NCBI GenBank assembly: GCA_046563655.1
Contig: CM102290.1
Coordinates: forward strand, 9,548,001-9,612,000
Origin: Yuukianura sp. NJ FZ-2021
Taxonomy: Eukaryota
Reading direction: 5' to 3'
Length of the DNA: 64,000 bases
Below the pieces are notes generated by a model. That model was given only the letters and a program-made list of their open reading frames with translations. It ran no database searches and had not been told where the DNA came from. This document shows positions 25,721-37,170 of the stretch, piece by piece (the stretch's first letter is position 1; each line of letters begins with the position of its first letter). The translations under genes were made by a program, and so were the position numbers.

Positions 25721-26446
25721 GAATGAATTGCTCCGAAACGCATTGTTTCGAATGAATTGCCACGAAACCAATTGCTCCGAAAGGTAATGTTTTAGATCGC
25801 AGCCATATGATGTGTAGAATTCAAGTGAGAGTATTTGAAATCATGCGAACGATGATTAGACCAATCCAGTAATGTCATAACCAATTACTTTAATTAAATA
25901 CTTAAATGAAAAGAAAAACAATTAATTGAAAGTTATACTTGTAAGATTGAAATTGAATATTGAGAGAAGATTCTAGTACTGATGTCTAAAACTTATGTAT
26001 TGTATTGTTAATGCTATATACTGTGATTGACGTGGAAGAAAAGGCGGAGCAATGTAATGCGCAAGTACTGAGCGCTGCTTTTCCCACTTCTTATACAAAT
26101 ATTACTTTTATAATTGAGATTAATTAATTGTAATTTTAATTCTACTGTTTTAAATGTTTTAAAATGAAATTGTATTTTTACTAACGCTAACGCCAGAACA
26201 GGTAAATTGCTCTGAAGGGCACGTTGCCTCGAAATTAAATAACCTCACATGAATGTGCTTAGCGTTAAGTAGGTTACGTTATAAATCGTAAGGTTAAGTT
26301 TGGCTGGCTAACAATAATGAGGTCAATTGATTCTTTGCTCACAAGGTTATACTAATTAAGAACAAGACTAGTTTCGGAGCAATTTGACTTTCGGAGTAAT
26401 TTACCCTTCGCAGGAATGGTTGGTTTCGGAGTTATTGCATAGAATC
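25721..26446. mobile_element. Degenerate MITE-like element with inverted subterminal AATTGCTCCGAAA repeats
   Basis: AATTGCTCCGAAA-type units at ~25726-25782 and inverted TTTCGGAGCAATT-type units at ~26372-26436 enclose an AT-rich interior. Ends are approximate. Confidence 0.55.
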
Positions 26447-29057
26447 AGAGTGGTCGAGGTTAGAAAATTTTATTTGGATCCAATTGACCTCTAGAAGAAC
26501 AAAACAAGAAAAGGAAAAAATTTTTTTTTCAATTATATTTTCTAGCACGAGCACCTTCCACAAATGAATCGAGGATAGAATTTTGCGAAATCCCACAACC
26601 CACTGCGAGAGAGATTAAAATTCTCTATGTATTGTGCTTCTCCTTGGTATTTTTCAATCAACTACAAAAGAGTTTAGGATAATTAATTTAGTGGTGAAAA
26701 GTACAATAAAAGCTTTCATCCAAAATCAGGTCGTCGAGTCATTAGAAAATAAATTGAAATACCATGAAATTCCATGAATTGCATGTGGCTAGGACTTTGC
26801 GAGAATTTCGAGCTTTCCTTTTCCGCAGACACTGCGCAAAGCCACTGCCAAAAAAGGCAGCATCATTTTTGAATTAGTGACCTCAGCCGCACTCTTGACC
26901 TTTGCCCCATAGACCAAAAGTGACATCTCATTCAACTTCCAGAATCGACTTCATCAATTTTCAAAAAAAAAACGAAGAAAAAAACAACTCACGAGGCTTG
27001 GACGCAACGCAAGAAACTATAATTTGAACCATTTTTCTTCGACGACTTGGTTTGTGTTATGACACGAAGAAAACAAAAGAAAATTGGGTTTTTGATCTAA
27101 TGACCTCCGAAGAAAAAGTTCCAAGTCAACGATGATTGGTCACCAACTCAAGCTACAACAGCCTCCCTGGATACATAAGCAGAATTGCCATTTTAGTTCT
27201 TGCAGGTAGATCTAACCACAACCTTAGTAACGGTCTAACCTAACTTTCTGCTTCAACTGACTTACTAATAAGAAAAGTTAGGTAAGCTAGGCTGCACTTT
27301 ACGACTAAAGTTAAGTTTGATAAATGGATTTCCAAAGTTAGGTTGTGTGACTTTTCAGTTCAAATTCATTCACAAATGAAAAGTACAGGTCACGTCGAAA
27401 AGCAAACTAATAAATTGGATTTGTGATTTTGCAAAACAGCGTTGTTATAAACAGGAACCACACGTTCCGCACGACCTCCTTTCTCTTAATTTTCCGTCTA
27501 AAGATCTTTTGTCTCCAGAAAGAACTCAATTTCCAACAAAACCATTTATATCTCAATTCCAGCAAAAAAGTTTTGAGGTTACTTTTTACTTTTATTCCTC
27601 CAATGCAAGTCGAATATGAAACCCAATAGGAGGAAAAGTGAGAGCATGGTAGTAGTAGAGGTAATATCGTAAATTACAAAGGAAAGTTTATACTCCAATA
27701 CCAGATTCAGTTACCTTGTTACTCTAGTTTTTAAAAAGTCCTGGAAGCCATTGCTTCATTTCTTCGAGTCCTTAGCACTTGCGCGGTTTTATTTTCAAAT
27801 TGAACAACAATCGACGTCTACAAAATCAAAATGCCTCCCACTCATTTACGAATTTCATTTATTCTAATATCTTCAAATGTCTTTTGCATTTTAATTAGTC
27901 TATTATTAGTTTCTTTTAAATGTCTTACTTTATTAGTTTTCACGAACGTAACGTTTTAGCCTTCTAGGATCATCTTAGTTTTAAAAAAAAATGAATTTTC
28001 CGAAAATGTTAAATTCAAAATCAGCGTATGAAACTATTGTTTGACGACAACAGCGTTAAGACGTCAGTAATTTATCAGAAGCCATGAAATCTTGTATAAA
28101 TCGTCTTGGATAAATTTTTCATTACCTTAACGTTACGCTACGTATGTATTGATTTCTAGTTGCATATATAAAGGCAAGGTTTGGGCGTCTTAACTTAGCT
28201 AGTTATTTCCAAAATTCGATTTTTCAAGAGAAGCCGTAGTTTAAAAAAGACAAAGGGATTGAGCCGTTGTCTAGAAAGATGAATTTTCCTTTTGTGTCTT
28301 GATGAGGCTCGCTTCTTCCCGTTAGTTCTTTTATAAATCTGTCAGAAGCAGAAGAGGATGCGGCTAAAAAAGAAAAAGTGAAAGCAGAGAAAGTCCCGGG
28401 AGAAATGAAGGAGCTGACGAGACTTTCATTTTCATTTGGACTCACTACTACCGTCTACCCACTTCACTTCAGCACATCTACAGTACTATGTCAACAGAAT
28501 ACAGGAAAAACAATCCAGTAATTGATTTTCATCTGCTTAATACAGTAAATTATTTAGGAATTTAAGCTTCATTTTGATTTTACATGTATTGGATTTTTAA
28601 AAAAATAAGCATGAAACCTATGACTGTGTTCAGAAAATCACGCATGAGAAAGAGAAAAGTGCAGTTTTTCGTTCATAAATTTTTTGGATCAATTTTTTCA
28701 AAGACTTGAGTTCCCTTGACAATGATTTTGTTACACTGTTTAAAGCTAACGTTGAGCAAACACAAAGAGTAACCTTACGCATTGAACGTGAGACTTGATA
28801 CACTTTTAGTATTCATAGTATGTTTTTATGTTTTTTAAAATAGGACAATGGCTCGTGCTTTTGGAGCTTCTGGACTCCTGGATATTCGATCTGTTTCGAT
28901 TCTTTTTGACGTTGCCTACTCTCATCTGGAATGGGTACTTACAAGTTACTAGAAACGAAATAGGACACGTACTTGTTTTGAACGAGATCAGTGGAACTTG
29001 GACACGAAATTGGGAATTATGACTGTTCTAAAAATTTCTCCTTGAATTTTTGAAAAG

Positions 29058-31857
29058 ACACGGAAAAAACCCGAGTTCCGGAGAGAGCGAGATGACCTAC
29101 CACTTCGAAGTGAGGATGATTTCGATTCCAGTGAAAGTTGGCTTCTGCTCATGTGCAGTATGCTAGTTACTGCCTTGGCTCTTGGTGTCCTCCACTCATG
29201 CGCATTTCTAGGGGACTTTGGAGCAAAGGACCTCGACTTGACCATAGGTCAAATGGCTCTCATGTCAACGGTCATGTACGCCATGTTCTGCTTCGTAAGT
29301 TCACAATACCCATCATTATTTTTGGAATGCGTTTTTCCTAATTTGGAATACTGAGTGATTAGAGTGAAGGAATTGAAGTCGTAGGTTTGTAAAATAAAAC
29401 AAATGACTTTTTTGTTTTTGAAATATTAGACATCTCCATTGTGTTCTGTTTTGACAAAATCTTGGACTCCTCGTCTAACTATAACTACTGGATTTTTAAT
29501 GGGATTTTTTGGCCTCGTGCTCATGTCATTCCAAGGACACAAATTTCTGCACCTCATTGGATGTTTGTTTCTTGGACCTGGATGTGCCTTGGTACAAACA
29601 GCAGCAGGTTGTTGCATTGTGTGAGTTTTTCCAAAAACTGGTAAAATGGAAACAGAATTTGACAAATTTTAGTTTTAATTTTTCAGGGACATGTTCAAAG
29701 CCAAAATTTCAATAGCCTTGTTTTTCCTGTCTCTAAGTTCGCCAATTGGAACTTTGCTTTTCGTGCCTTTCTCGTACTACATTGGAATCAACGTAAGCAT
29801 TTTTTTGACCGTCCCGATCTAAAATTCCTTACAGTCATATATAAGTTGAGAAATTTTTTTGTTAGACTTTGTTTAAATACAAGTGGATGATGCTGACCTA
29901 CGCCATGTTCTTCCTAACTGCAATTTCAATGTCCAAGAAATTCCCTCGAACAATACATATTGAGGGACATCAAGATTCAATCAGGGCAGTTGAAGTAGCC
30001 TATCACATCAAACGATGTCTCAGAGCAGCCAGGGCAAGCAAAACAAAAGGCTTTTCTCCACCAACGCCACCTTTGGACGAAGACGATGTCGACGCCGAAG
30101 TCGCCCGTGCCAAGAAAAAAAAAGTTATGCGAGAGCTTACATGTAAGATCAGGAAACGGTAATGGCCAAACCCCTTAAGAAAGTATAGCGATTCGGCTGA
30201 AACTTTTACCACTTATTAGGGGTGGTATGAAGGCCGTTTGACCAAATTTTCAGCCTTTTACGACCTGTAGGCGATGTCACGATGAATTTGAGGTCAAAGG
30301 TCACCACTGCCAAAGGTCCTTAATGGCAGCACAATATACATTTTCTGAATCCGGGAATCAAGGGCTTTCCAACGCTGTATCACTTGCATGGGACCATCAT
30401 AAGGTCAACGTGGTGAACTTTGACCTAAAATTTCTCGTGACCTGAGTATGAAGCTGAAAATTTGGTCAACTGACCTTCATATCACCCCTAATAAGTGGTA
30501 AAAATTTCAGCCGGATCGCTCCGAATATACTTTGTTACAGGGTTTGACCCATACTATTTTCAGAATTACTAACTTTTTGATGGAGTTTGCAAAGGCAAAG
30601 GTCAAGGGCTCTCTTTTTTTTCCAAAGGCACTTGTGCTTGCTTCGTGGATGTTGGAGTTTTGAAGGATGCAAGGTTTTGTCTGTGGATGGTCGTGGCCTT
30701 CAGCGCAATGCTCACCTTCTACGTTCCGCATGTCTGTTTTGTGACGTTGGTTCGATTTGAACTTGGATACGGTTACCGCCAAGCCCTAGTTTACGTCTGT
30801 GCTTTTTCTCTGGGATGTGTTCTTGGCAGAACCATAGCTTTCTTTGGTGATGACTTTAGCTTCATGTCTTGCAGAACAATGTTTCAGGCCGGACTTTTAG
30901 GTAAAACGTTAAAAAACTTAAAAAAACAACTAAATTATAAACAACTAAAAATGTGACTTCCAGGGACTGCAATTATATACTTTACGATACATAAGGCGGA
31001 AACTTGGGGCTGGATGCTGGCAGTTCACGTAGGACTTGGAATTTCTGAAGGCTTTCTGGTGATTCTGATTCCACGCTTGACCTTACACATTTTCCCACGA
31101 AAGTACTTGGCCAGCGTCTGGCGCATACTGTTACCGACGCATGGAGTCGCAGTACTCATCGGGCCATTTCTCATGGTTATGGCGAGGTTAGCCTGTTGAA
31201 TTTTTGCCGTCTAAAAATATATTGTTTGCTGGATTTACATTTGGTTCCAATTTCAGGAACGCCAATGAAGGTGAAATTTTTCTGGCTTGCGTTTTGGTAG
31301 GAGTGGTTCAAATTGTTGCGGTGTTGCTTTCCATGATACTGTCAGAACATCGTCCTAAACCTAAAACCAAAACATCTAACGGAGCTAAATTCAATCTGGA
31401 ACGTCGTTCACCTTCACCAAGTGCAACTACAATCGAAGTTCAGCCTGCTCCTAGCGGCAGTTCTCCACCAAATCCTGCCTATCCCGCGTCCGAAGTTGCG
31501 GAGAAACATGATGAACGTCAGACTCCGAGCGATGGACGAAACACACAAAGGCCCAACATGCCTACCATGGCAGTGACCTCTAAAGCACCAGCCACACCAA
31601 AACCTTTGGCTCCAGGCAATTCCGCTAGGCCAAAAGCACCGAAACCAAACTCTGCAGTAACCTTAGCCAAAGATACGCCAAGTCGAAATCCCTACGCCAG
31701 ACGGGACACGCCGCGACCTGTGTTCGACGCCAGCGATGGTCCAACGGCTCCAGTCATTGTTCCAGTACTAGTACATAGCGTTATTAGAGAACCACGGAAT
31801 AACCCAGGCGAATTTCAAAGTCCAGAACCATACAGTGCGGGATCGAAGAATCCATGA
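29058..31857 (+). CDS. Divergent major facilitator transporter, monocarboxylate transporter (SLC16)-like, with a Pro/Ser-rich C-terminal tail; 5' end unresolved
   Basis: Multiple hydrophobic exons. DSSESWLLLMCS resembles the MCT TM1 entry motif and GVLKDARFCLW...FYVPH resembles MCT TM7. A charged central loop lies between them. Intron 30143-30627 is phase-consistent. Confidence 0.65.
30159..30554. mobile_element. MITE/foldback element in an intron of the transporter gene
   Basis: Long imperfect TIR: left CGATTCGGCTGAAACTTTTACCACTTATTAGGGGTGGTATGAAGG versus right CCTTCATATCACCCCTAATAAGTGGTAAAAATTTCAGCCGGATCG. Similarity extends outward to ~30159 and ~30554 and inward to the GGTCAAAG motifs. 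Confidence 0.85.
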
Positions 31858-32796
31858 TACTGTGCCACACATTACCATCAATAAGGGTTTCAAAATTTGT
31901 CTAAATACAAATATTTTACGTTATGAATCAAAGTAAACTTTAAATGAGAGTCATAAAGTTAAGAATTCTTAACACAATAAAACGTCGTGCGAATTTTTTT
32001 TAGTAAACACAGAGCATTAGTAAGAATGGTTGACTTTATAGCAATATCGATTGAATTATTGGATTCAAGTGAATATTAATATTTGATTGATAATTATGAA
32101 GGACTAGATCACTCGTATAAAAGACTTAGATTTTCCTTTCATTGCCTATTAATTACAATTTTTTTATTGCATTTGTATACGTATAAACTGATTGTAATTA
32201 AAAATCAGTCTAGGGAATGCTATTTTTCAGACGCTTCTTATTGTTCCGGTTCGTTGGCGCGATGGCGCGAATACAAAGCTTATGAAATTCAAGTTTAAAT
32301 TGAGCGTGTATTTCGGGCGCGCGCTTGTTTATCACAAAGTGTTTGAATTAAAACGTAATTCAAACGGCTAATATTTTTTCCATCCAGGACAAAGGAACAC
32401 GACTCGTATTACACGAAGGACAAGGGACAACGTGCTAGGGAATACACCTTCTATTTGGATTAGTTTAATTAAAATTGTCGGGAATCATTCGTCGTTCTTG
32501 TTTACGAGTCGCAACTTGCGACTAGTTATTAGACTAGTTTCTTACTAATTTACAGTGTCTACGGGTTGGCAGAACAAGACAAATCGAATTAACTACGGTG
32601 AGTGTACGTGTACTAACTAATGTTGATTTAATTGACGTCGTATCTGGTATGTAATTAACTAGCTGCAGCACCTCGTACCTGTGTGTGTGGTAGCGGTTAT
32701 AATAGTAAAGATATGTAGAGAGGTAATGAACTTTATTTTTATGATTAATTTCTGTGCCTTTCTCAGAAATTCGGGAACCAAGAAGATTTTTTCGCA

Positions 32797-33663
32797 ATGA
32801 GTTCATCTAGCCGAGGATACGGGGACCATATCGGGTACCTTCCCGGCATCAACGATGTCATTATCTGTCCTTATAACACGTCTCACGTTGTTGGAACGTC
32901 GAGGATGCAACGTCATCTGATCAGCTGTCGTCAGGTAAAGGCTTAATTAGTGTTTTCAATTCAATTTAAATAGCTCGCATGTCTTAGCTATGAAGGAGTA
33001 GAGTTAAAATTGACGACCTTCTAATGATTTTTATATAGAAAAATCCAGAGAAGGCTGCTTCGATCACAATTTGTTCGTATAATCAATCTCATCATGTTCC
33101 TGCTGACGACATGACTGCTCATCTTTCCATTTGTCGGGATTTTTTGGCTCACAAGTTTCAAAACTTGATTCGAAGTAAGGGCACTCTAGTTCGATTCAAC
33201 TTTAATTAACTTAGTGGACTGGAATGAAAGGAAGAATGACTGGTATTTAATTTAGCCTGAACTTTATCCTCACCCAATAGCTACCCCGCGACCTAAGGTG
33301 GAGGAACCTGAAGAGCTAAAGGAGAAGCACCGAAGTGATCACGAAGAAATTCGTCACCAAATGCGCAAAATGGAACACCAGGCAGCATACTTTGAAGACG
33401 CTGACGACGGGTTGGATGACGTTTCTCTCAGTGGATTTTCCATCAGTGACAGCGTTTTCGAGGAACCCCAGGCTCCTCCAATCCCGGAAAGTGTGGCGAT
33501 CCAAAGGAGTGTCGACGGAGAAATTTGGATTGAGCACATGGGAGAAGGTTACCAAGGACCAGGTCAAAGCAATAAGGCGACGGAAATTCACGTCCCTGCT
33601 CCTCACATTAAACTCCCTGAATGTGACCAGGAAGAAATTGACAGTAAGTTCGATTGTGCCTGA
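32797..33663 (+). CDS. GTSF1/Asterix-like protein: two CHHC (U11-48K-type) zinc fingers plus an acidic tail, 218 aa. Exons 32797-32934, 33039-33174, 33281-33663
   Basis: CPYNTSHVVGTSRMQRHLISC and CSYNQSHHVPADDMTAHLSIC, each C-x5-H-x9-H-x3-C; junctions are phase-consistent. Confidence 0.85.
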
Positions 33664-34058
33664 AAAAATATCGTTTCTATTTTCCGTAGCTTTTAATTCT
33701 CAAAAAACGTTCTCATTTTTAGACTGGACCTAAACGTTTTCCATCCATCTGATTATACCTATGTATGTAATACACTACAGCCTACAGCAGACGCTAATAA
33801 GTACTTCACAGTTAAGACTGAAAAGAAAATGGACTTCCAGCTACTATTCTTAAATAGTAACACTATTAAATACTACTGACATAAATCTTTTTTAAATAAA
33901 CTACGTCGTCTGTCTGTCTGAACTAAAGAGACACTTCAATCGTGAATCATTTAAAAAATAAGTTAGCGGGGGTTTCTAACTAATAAGTCAAGCATGAAAA
34001 TACTTCTCCCATTCCTTCAAAGTTAAGTTCACTTTGGAACGTTTAAAAACGAAACTTT

Positions 34059-34852
34059 CTAAAGATCGATTAACGCATTTTCCTTAGCCACAGAGAGTTG
34101 AACTTGTGCTGATTTTCCAGGTAGCTGATTGTCACGAGATTTTGACCACCTTGCTTCTTGATCGCGAAGGATTTTAGCACCGAATTCCTTGTGAAGATGT
34201 TCAAAGGTCTTCCGTCCATTACTCCGAACGTTTTTAACACTTCTGCTTCTTGGTGGTGGTGTCGGTATATGGTGATGACTGGAACTGGAGGATGTATTCG
34301 GTCGAGACAAATCTTGGCCCCTGTAGCTATGAACGGATGGTAAACCCAGACTCGTACCGTCAACTGTGTCCAGGATAATACATTGTTAGTTTTGAGTTGA
34401 AGGAAGGTTAACACTAAATTAATTTTACGTTGAGTCTTACAAGTATGAACTGAAGACGATGAATTGAGCTCATCAAGCTGTCTTTGAAGTTCTGCTGCCA
34501 TAAACTTAATGTAGTCGTAGTTAGCACATGCCAATGCTTTCATCCACTGTTCCATTGATTCGTGTGATTCTGCGCTAAGAAAATATGATCGAGCTGGGAA
34601 TAGAATTTTGAAGCAAAAATGTTCATCCATTTCACTTTCTGCAAGTTCAATAGTACTTCCTTCAAGAATTATAACGCCGGCAGGTTCTCGATCTGATTTT
34701 TTCTCAAAGTAAAAGAGGAGATTTCCCTTCAAGACGAACCATCGTTTTGAGTAAACTTTCTGCCCGTCGCCTTTTTTCATCAGATATCCTTCACGATCAA
34801 CTTGACTCCCTGATGTGGCGAAGGCTGCCAAATTTTTCTCGTTGATTTTCAT
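34059..34852 (-). CDS. PHETA1: Sesquipedalian / PHETA (IPIP27, FAM109) PH-domain endocytic adaptor, 238 aa. Exons 34852-34441, 34363-34059
   Basis: MKINEKNL start; PH domain REGYLMKKG...KRWFVLKGNLLFYF...WMKAL; coiled coil; C-terminal F&H motif FEHLHKEFG (OCRL-binding motif of this family). Confidence 0.9.
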
Positions 34853-35661
34853 GTCGAATTGCCTGATCCGTTGGGCTTTAAGAACTCCTGAATTACCAGA
34901 ATCGTTTAGTAAAGTTAATACACATATTTAGTAGTAGATATCGTGTGGTCATTAACGACTAATGCAGACCTTGGGAACTTAATTTTCTTAGGAGAGTTTT
35001 GACGAAGCAGAAAAGCACACATTCATCCACGGATGTCGCCCAATCCACGCTTGATTGTCATCACCTCTGGTCTACAATGCAAACTATGACATCCTCGGGT
35101 AACTGTTTATAATCAAACAAAACAAGAGGTAAACAGTAAATTAATACGAGCATGCTTAAGCGTTGCGAATAAACTCACTACAAGGTGCCGTCCTGTTCGT
35201 TTGTCGTCGCCGAATACCTAGGGGGCTGAATTAGTTATTGTTTTGAACCTCCTAGTTAAATTAAATCGTTGTAAACAGTGGAGTAATACCCGTCATTCGT
35301 AACTCCACTCGAACACGTAAATCCAATTCCTTTAAAATTAAAACAAAAACAAGCCACAAAATTTACCTCTGCTGAGAATTACACTGCACTGGCTGGGCGG
35401 GCACTAATGGTCACCTGTTCCTGTTATAAATGTCATTTTACAAAAATTGAATTTGCCGCTCATATCAAGGTGAACTCAAAACAAACTGGGAGTGGGGGAC
35501 GGGAGAGTTATGTTGGAGCTTACGTTGTTCCAAAAAATCTCTTCTCTATGTACATGTCTTACAAAATTAATAACACTTGTTTTATTTGATACAATTTATT
35601 GTAATTGTCTCAAAATTGAATAATTAGTTATTTTGATTAATTTAGTTTGCAGGCAATCCAT

Positions 35662-35702
35662 CCGGAAGTGAGACTGTCGTCAAGTGCCGCGCGTTGCGCA
35701 TG
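35662..35702. promoter_or_regulatory. Candidate bidirectional promoter core between Sesquipedalian and PBDC1 (ETS-type CCGGAAGTG and NRF1-like TGCGCATG)
   Basis: Motifs at 35662-35670 and 35695-35702 in a local GC-rich patch between two divergent genes. Confidence 0.3.
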
Positions 35703-35914
35703 GGTGTCCATTTGGAGATAACTGTGGTTTTCTCCCATAGTTAACTTATGGGACTTTCACCATATTTTATCTGTTTAGTGTTTTAGTTGAATGTGAATTT
35801 TACTTTATTCATTTTCGTTGAGTTTGATATTAATTGCGTAATCGTTTTTGGCATATTAATTAAAGCGGTAATAAGTTAGTGTCATTAGTTCCAGAAGTAA
35901 TCGACGTGTACAAC

Positions 35915-36787
35915 ATGTCAGTGTCCGGGGGACCTCAAATGGTAAAATAGTATTTACCTAGTAGCAAAGTCCCTCATTTAATTTCAAATTCCATTTTATG
36001 CTACTTACCTCAGGGTAATCGATTTTGGTGCGTTTTAGGATGTTGGAGGAATGTACCATGGAGCCCATTTACTTACACGCCCAGCAGATGAGTATGAAAA
36101 TGACGTAAGAAATTAACGAAGTTTATAATCCTGTCTTAATTCGATTGTTGACCAATTGCATTGTAACTGTTGTTCGTTGTCCATTTTCAGGGAACAGTGG
36201 AGGCTCTTTGGGTTCGTCAAGCGTGTCAACATGCCGATGTGTACTATAACGTAAGACAAGATGCGCCACTCAATTGATAATTGAATTATAAAATTTATTG
36301 GGAAATGAAAGCTAAATTGACTCCTCGGTTTTGTTTTGCCAGCTTATTACCACTGTGAATCCGAATTACCTTAGACTTACACCAGACGACGACAGGATAT
36401 TCAATGCTTTCATGAAATGCTTCCCAAAGCAAAATCTGTTTGTTATAACTGAGGAGGATTTGAAGTCTGACAGTAACAAAGTTGTACGTTTAGAATTTTT
36501 ATGTAAACATAAAAAATCCAAATCTTTTTCTAAATTATGTTTTCTCATATCACTTTGTGGACTATTAGAAATGGAGAGCCTTCTGCGAAGACTTCAAGGA
36601 CATAGAAGACTACAGTTTCGGCACTTTGCTTCGCCTAAATGTGACTGGAGATTTTTCGGAAGACAATACTATCCTTGTCACTCGAATCCAATTTCTGGCC
36701 ATAGAGATTGCTCGTAATCGTTCCGGATGTAACAACATCGTTTGGGCTCGACACGCTAGAAAGAATCCAGACATAGCCGATTCATGA
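35915..36787 (+). CDS. PBDC1: Polysaccharide biosynthesis domain-containing protein 1, 5 coding exons
   Basis: Spliced peptide includes ADEYEND, HADVYYNLI, LRLTPDDDRI, KWRAFCEDF, DYSFGTLLR and RIQFLAIEIARNR. Confidence 0.92.
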
Positions 36788-37170
36788 CATAAGGAGGGAC
36801 GTATTACTACTAAGAAGAATACTAATTTCCAGAAACGGCTCAAGAATGGATTCGATGACGACTTCCAGTTTTTGCATATGGTGGAACAAGTTTTGAAGGG
36901 CATGAAAAGTTACATGGAACGAAAGGGAACTAACCTAACCTAAGAATTAACAGCCATTTACACTAATCATTTCTCATCAGCATCCATTTATTGCTCTATA
37001 AAGGTACAAATATTAAACAAGAAATTAAATACTTTGCTCTAATATATTGTACGCACCAGTATCATGTAAATCTTAACATTGCACTGAATTCAGTATCTGT
37101 TCTGGAAGTTATTGAGGTTGTTTGTTGAGCATTCTTCTAAAGCAGCTTTTCAATTGATGCTTGGTTTGGC

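Noticed and set aside
27099..28950. Upstream coding exons of the MCT-like transporter
   Set aside because: Several candidate ATGs and splice sites exist, but I could not build a unique phase-consistent chain, so the 5' end is left unresolved.
30159..30563. The MITE as an entire intron (GT at 30159, AG at 30563)
   Set aside because: That splice runs into a stop. Donor 30143 with acceptor 30627 is phase-consistent, so the MITE lies within a larger intron.
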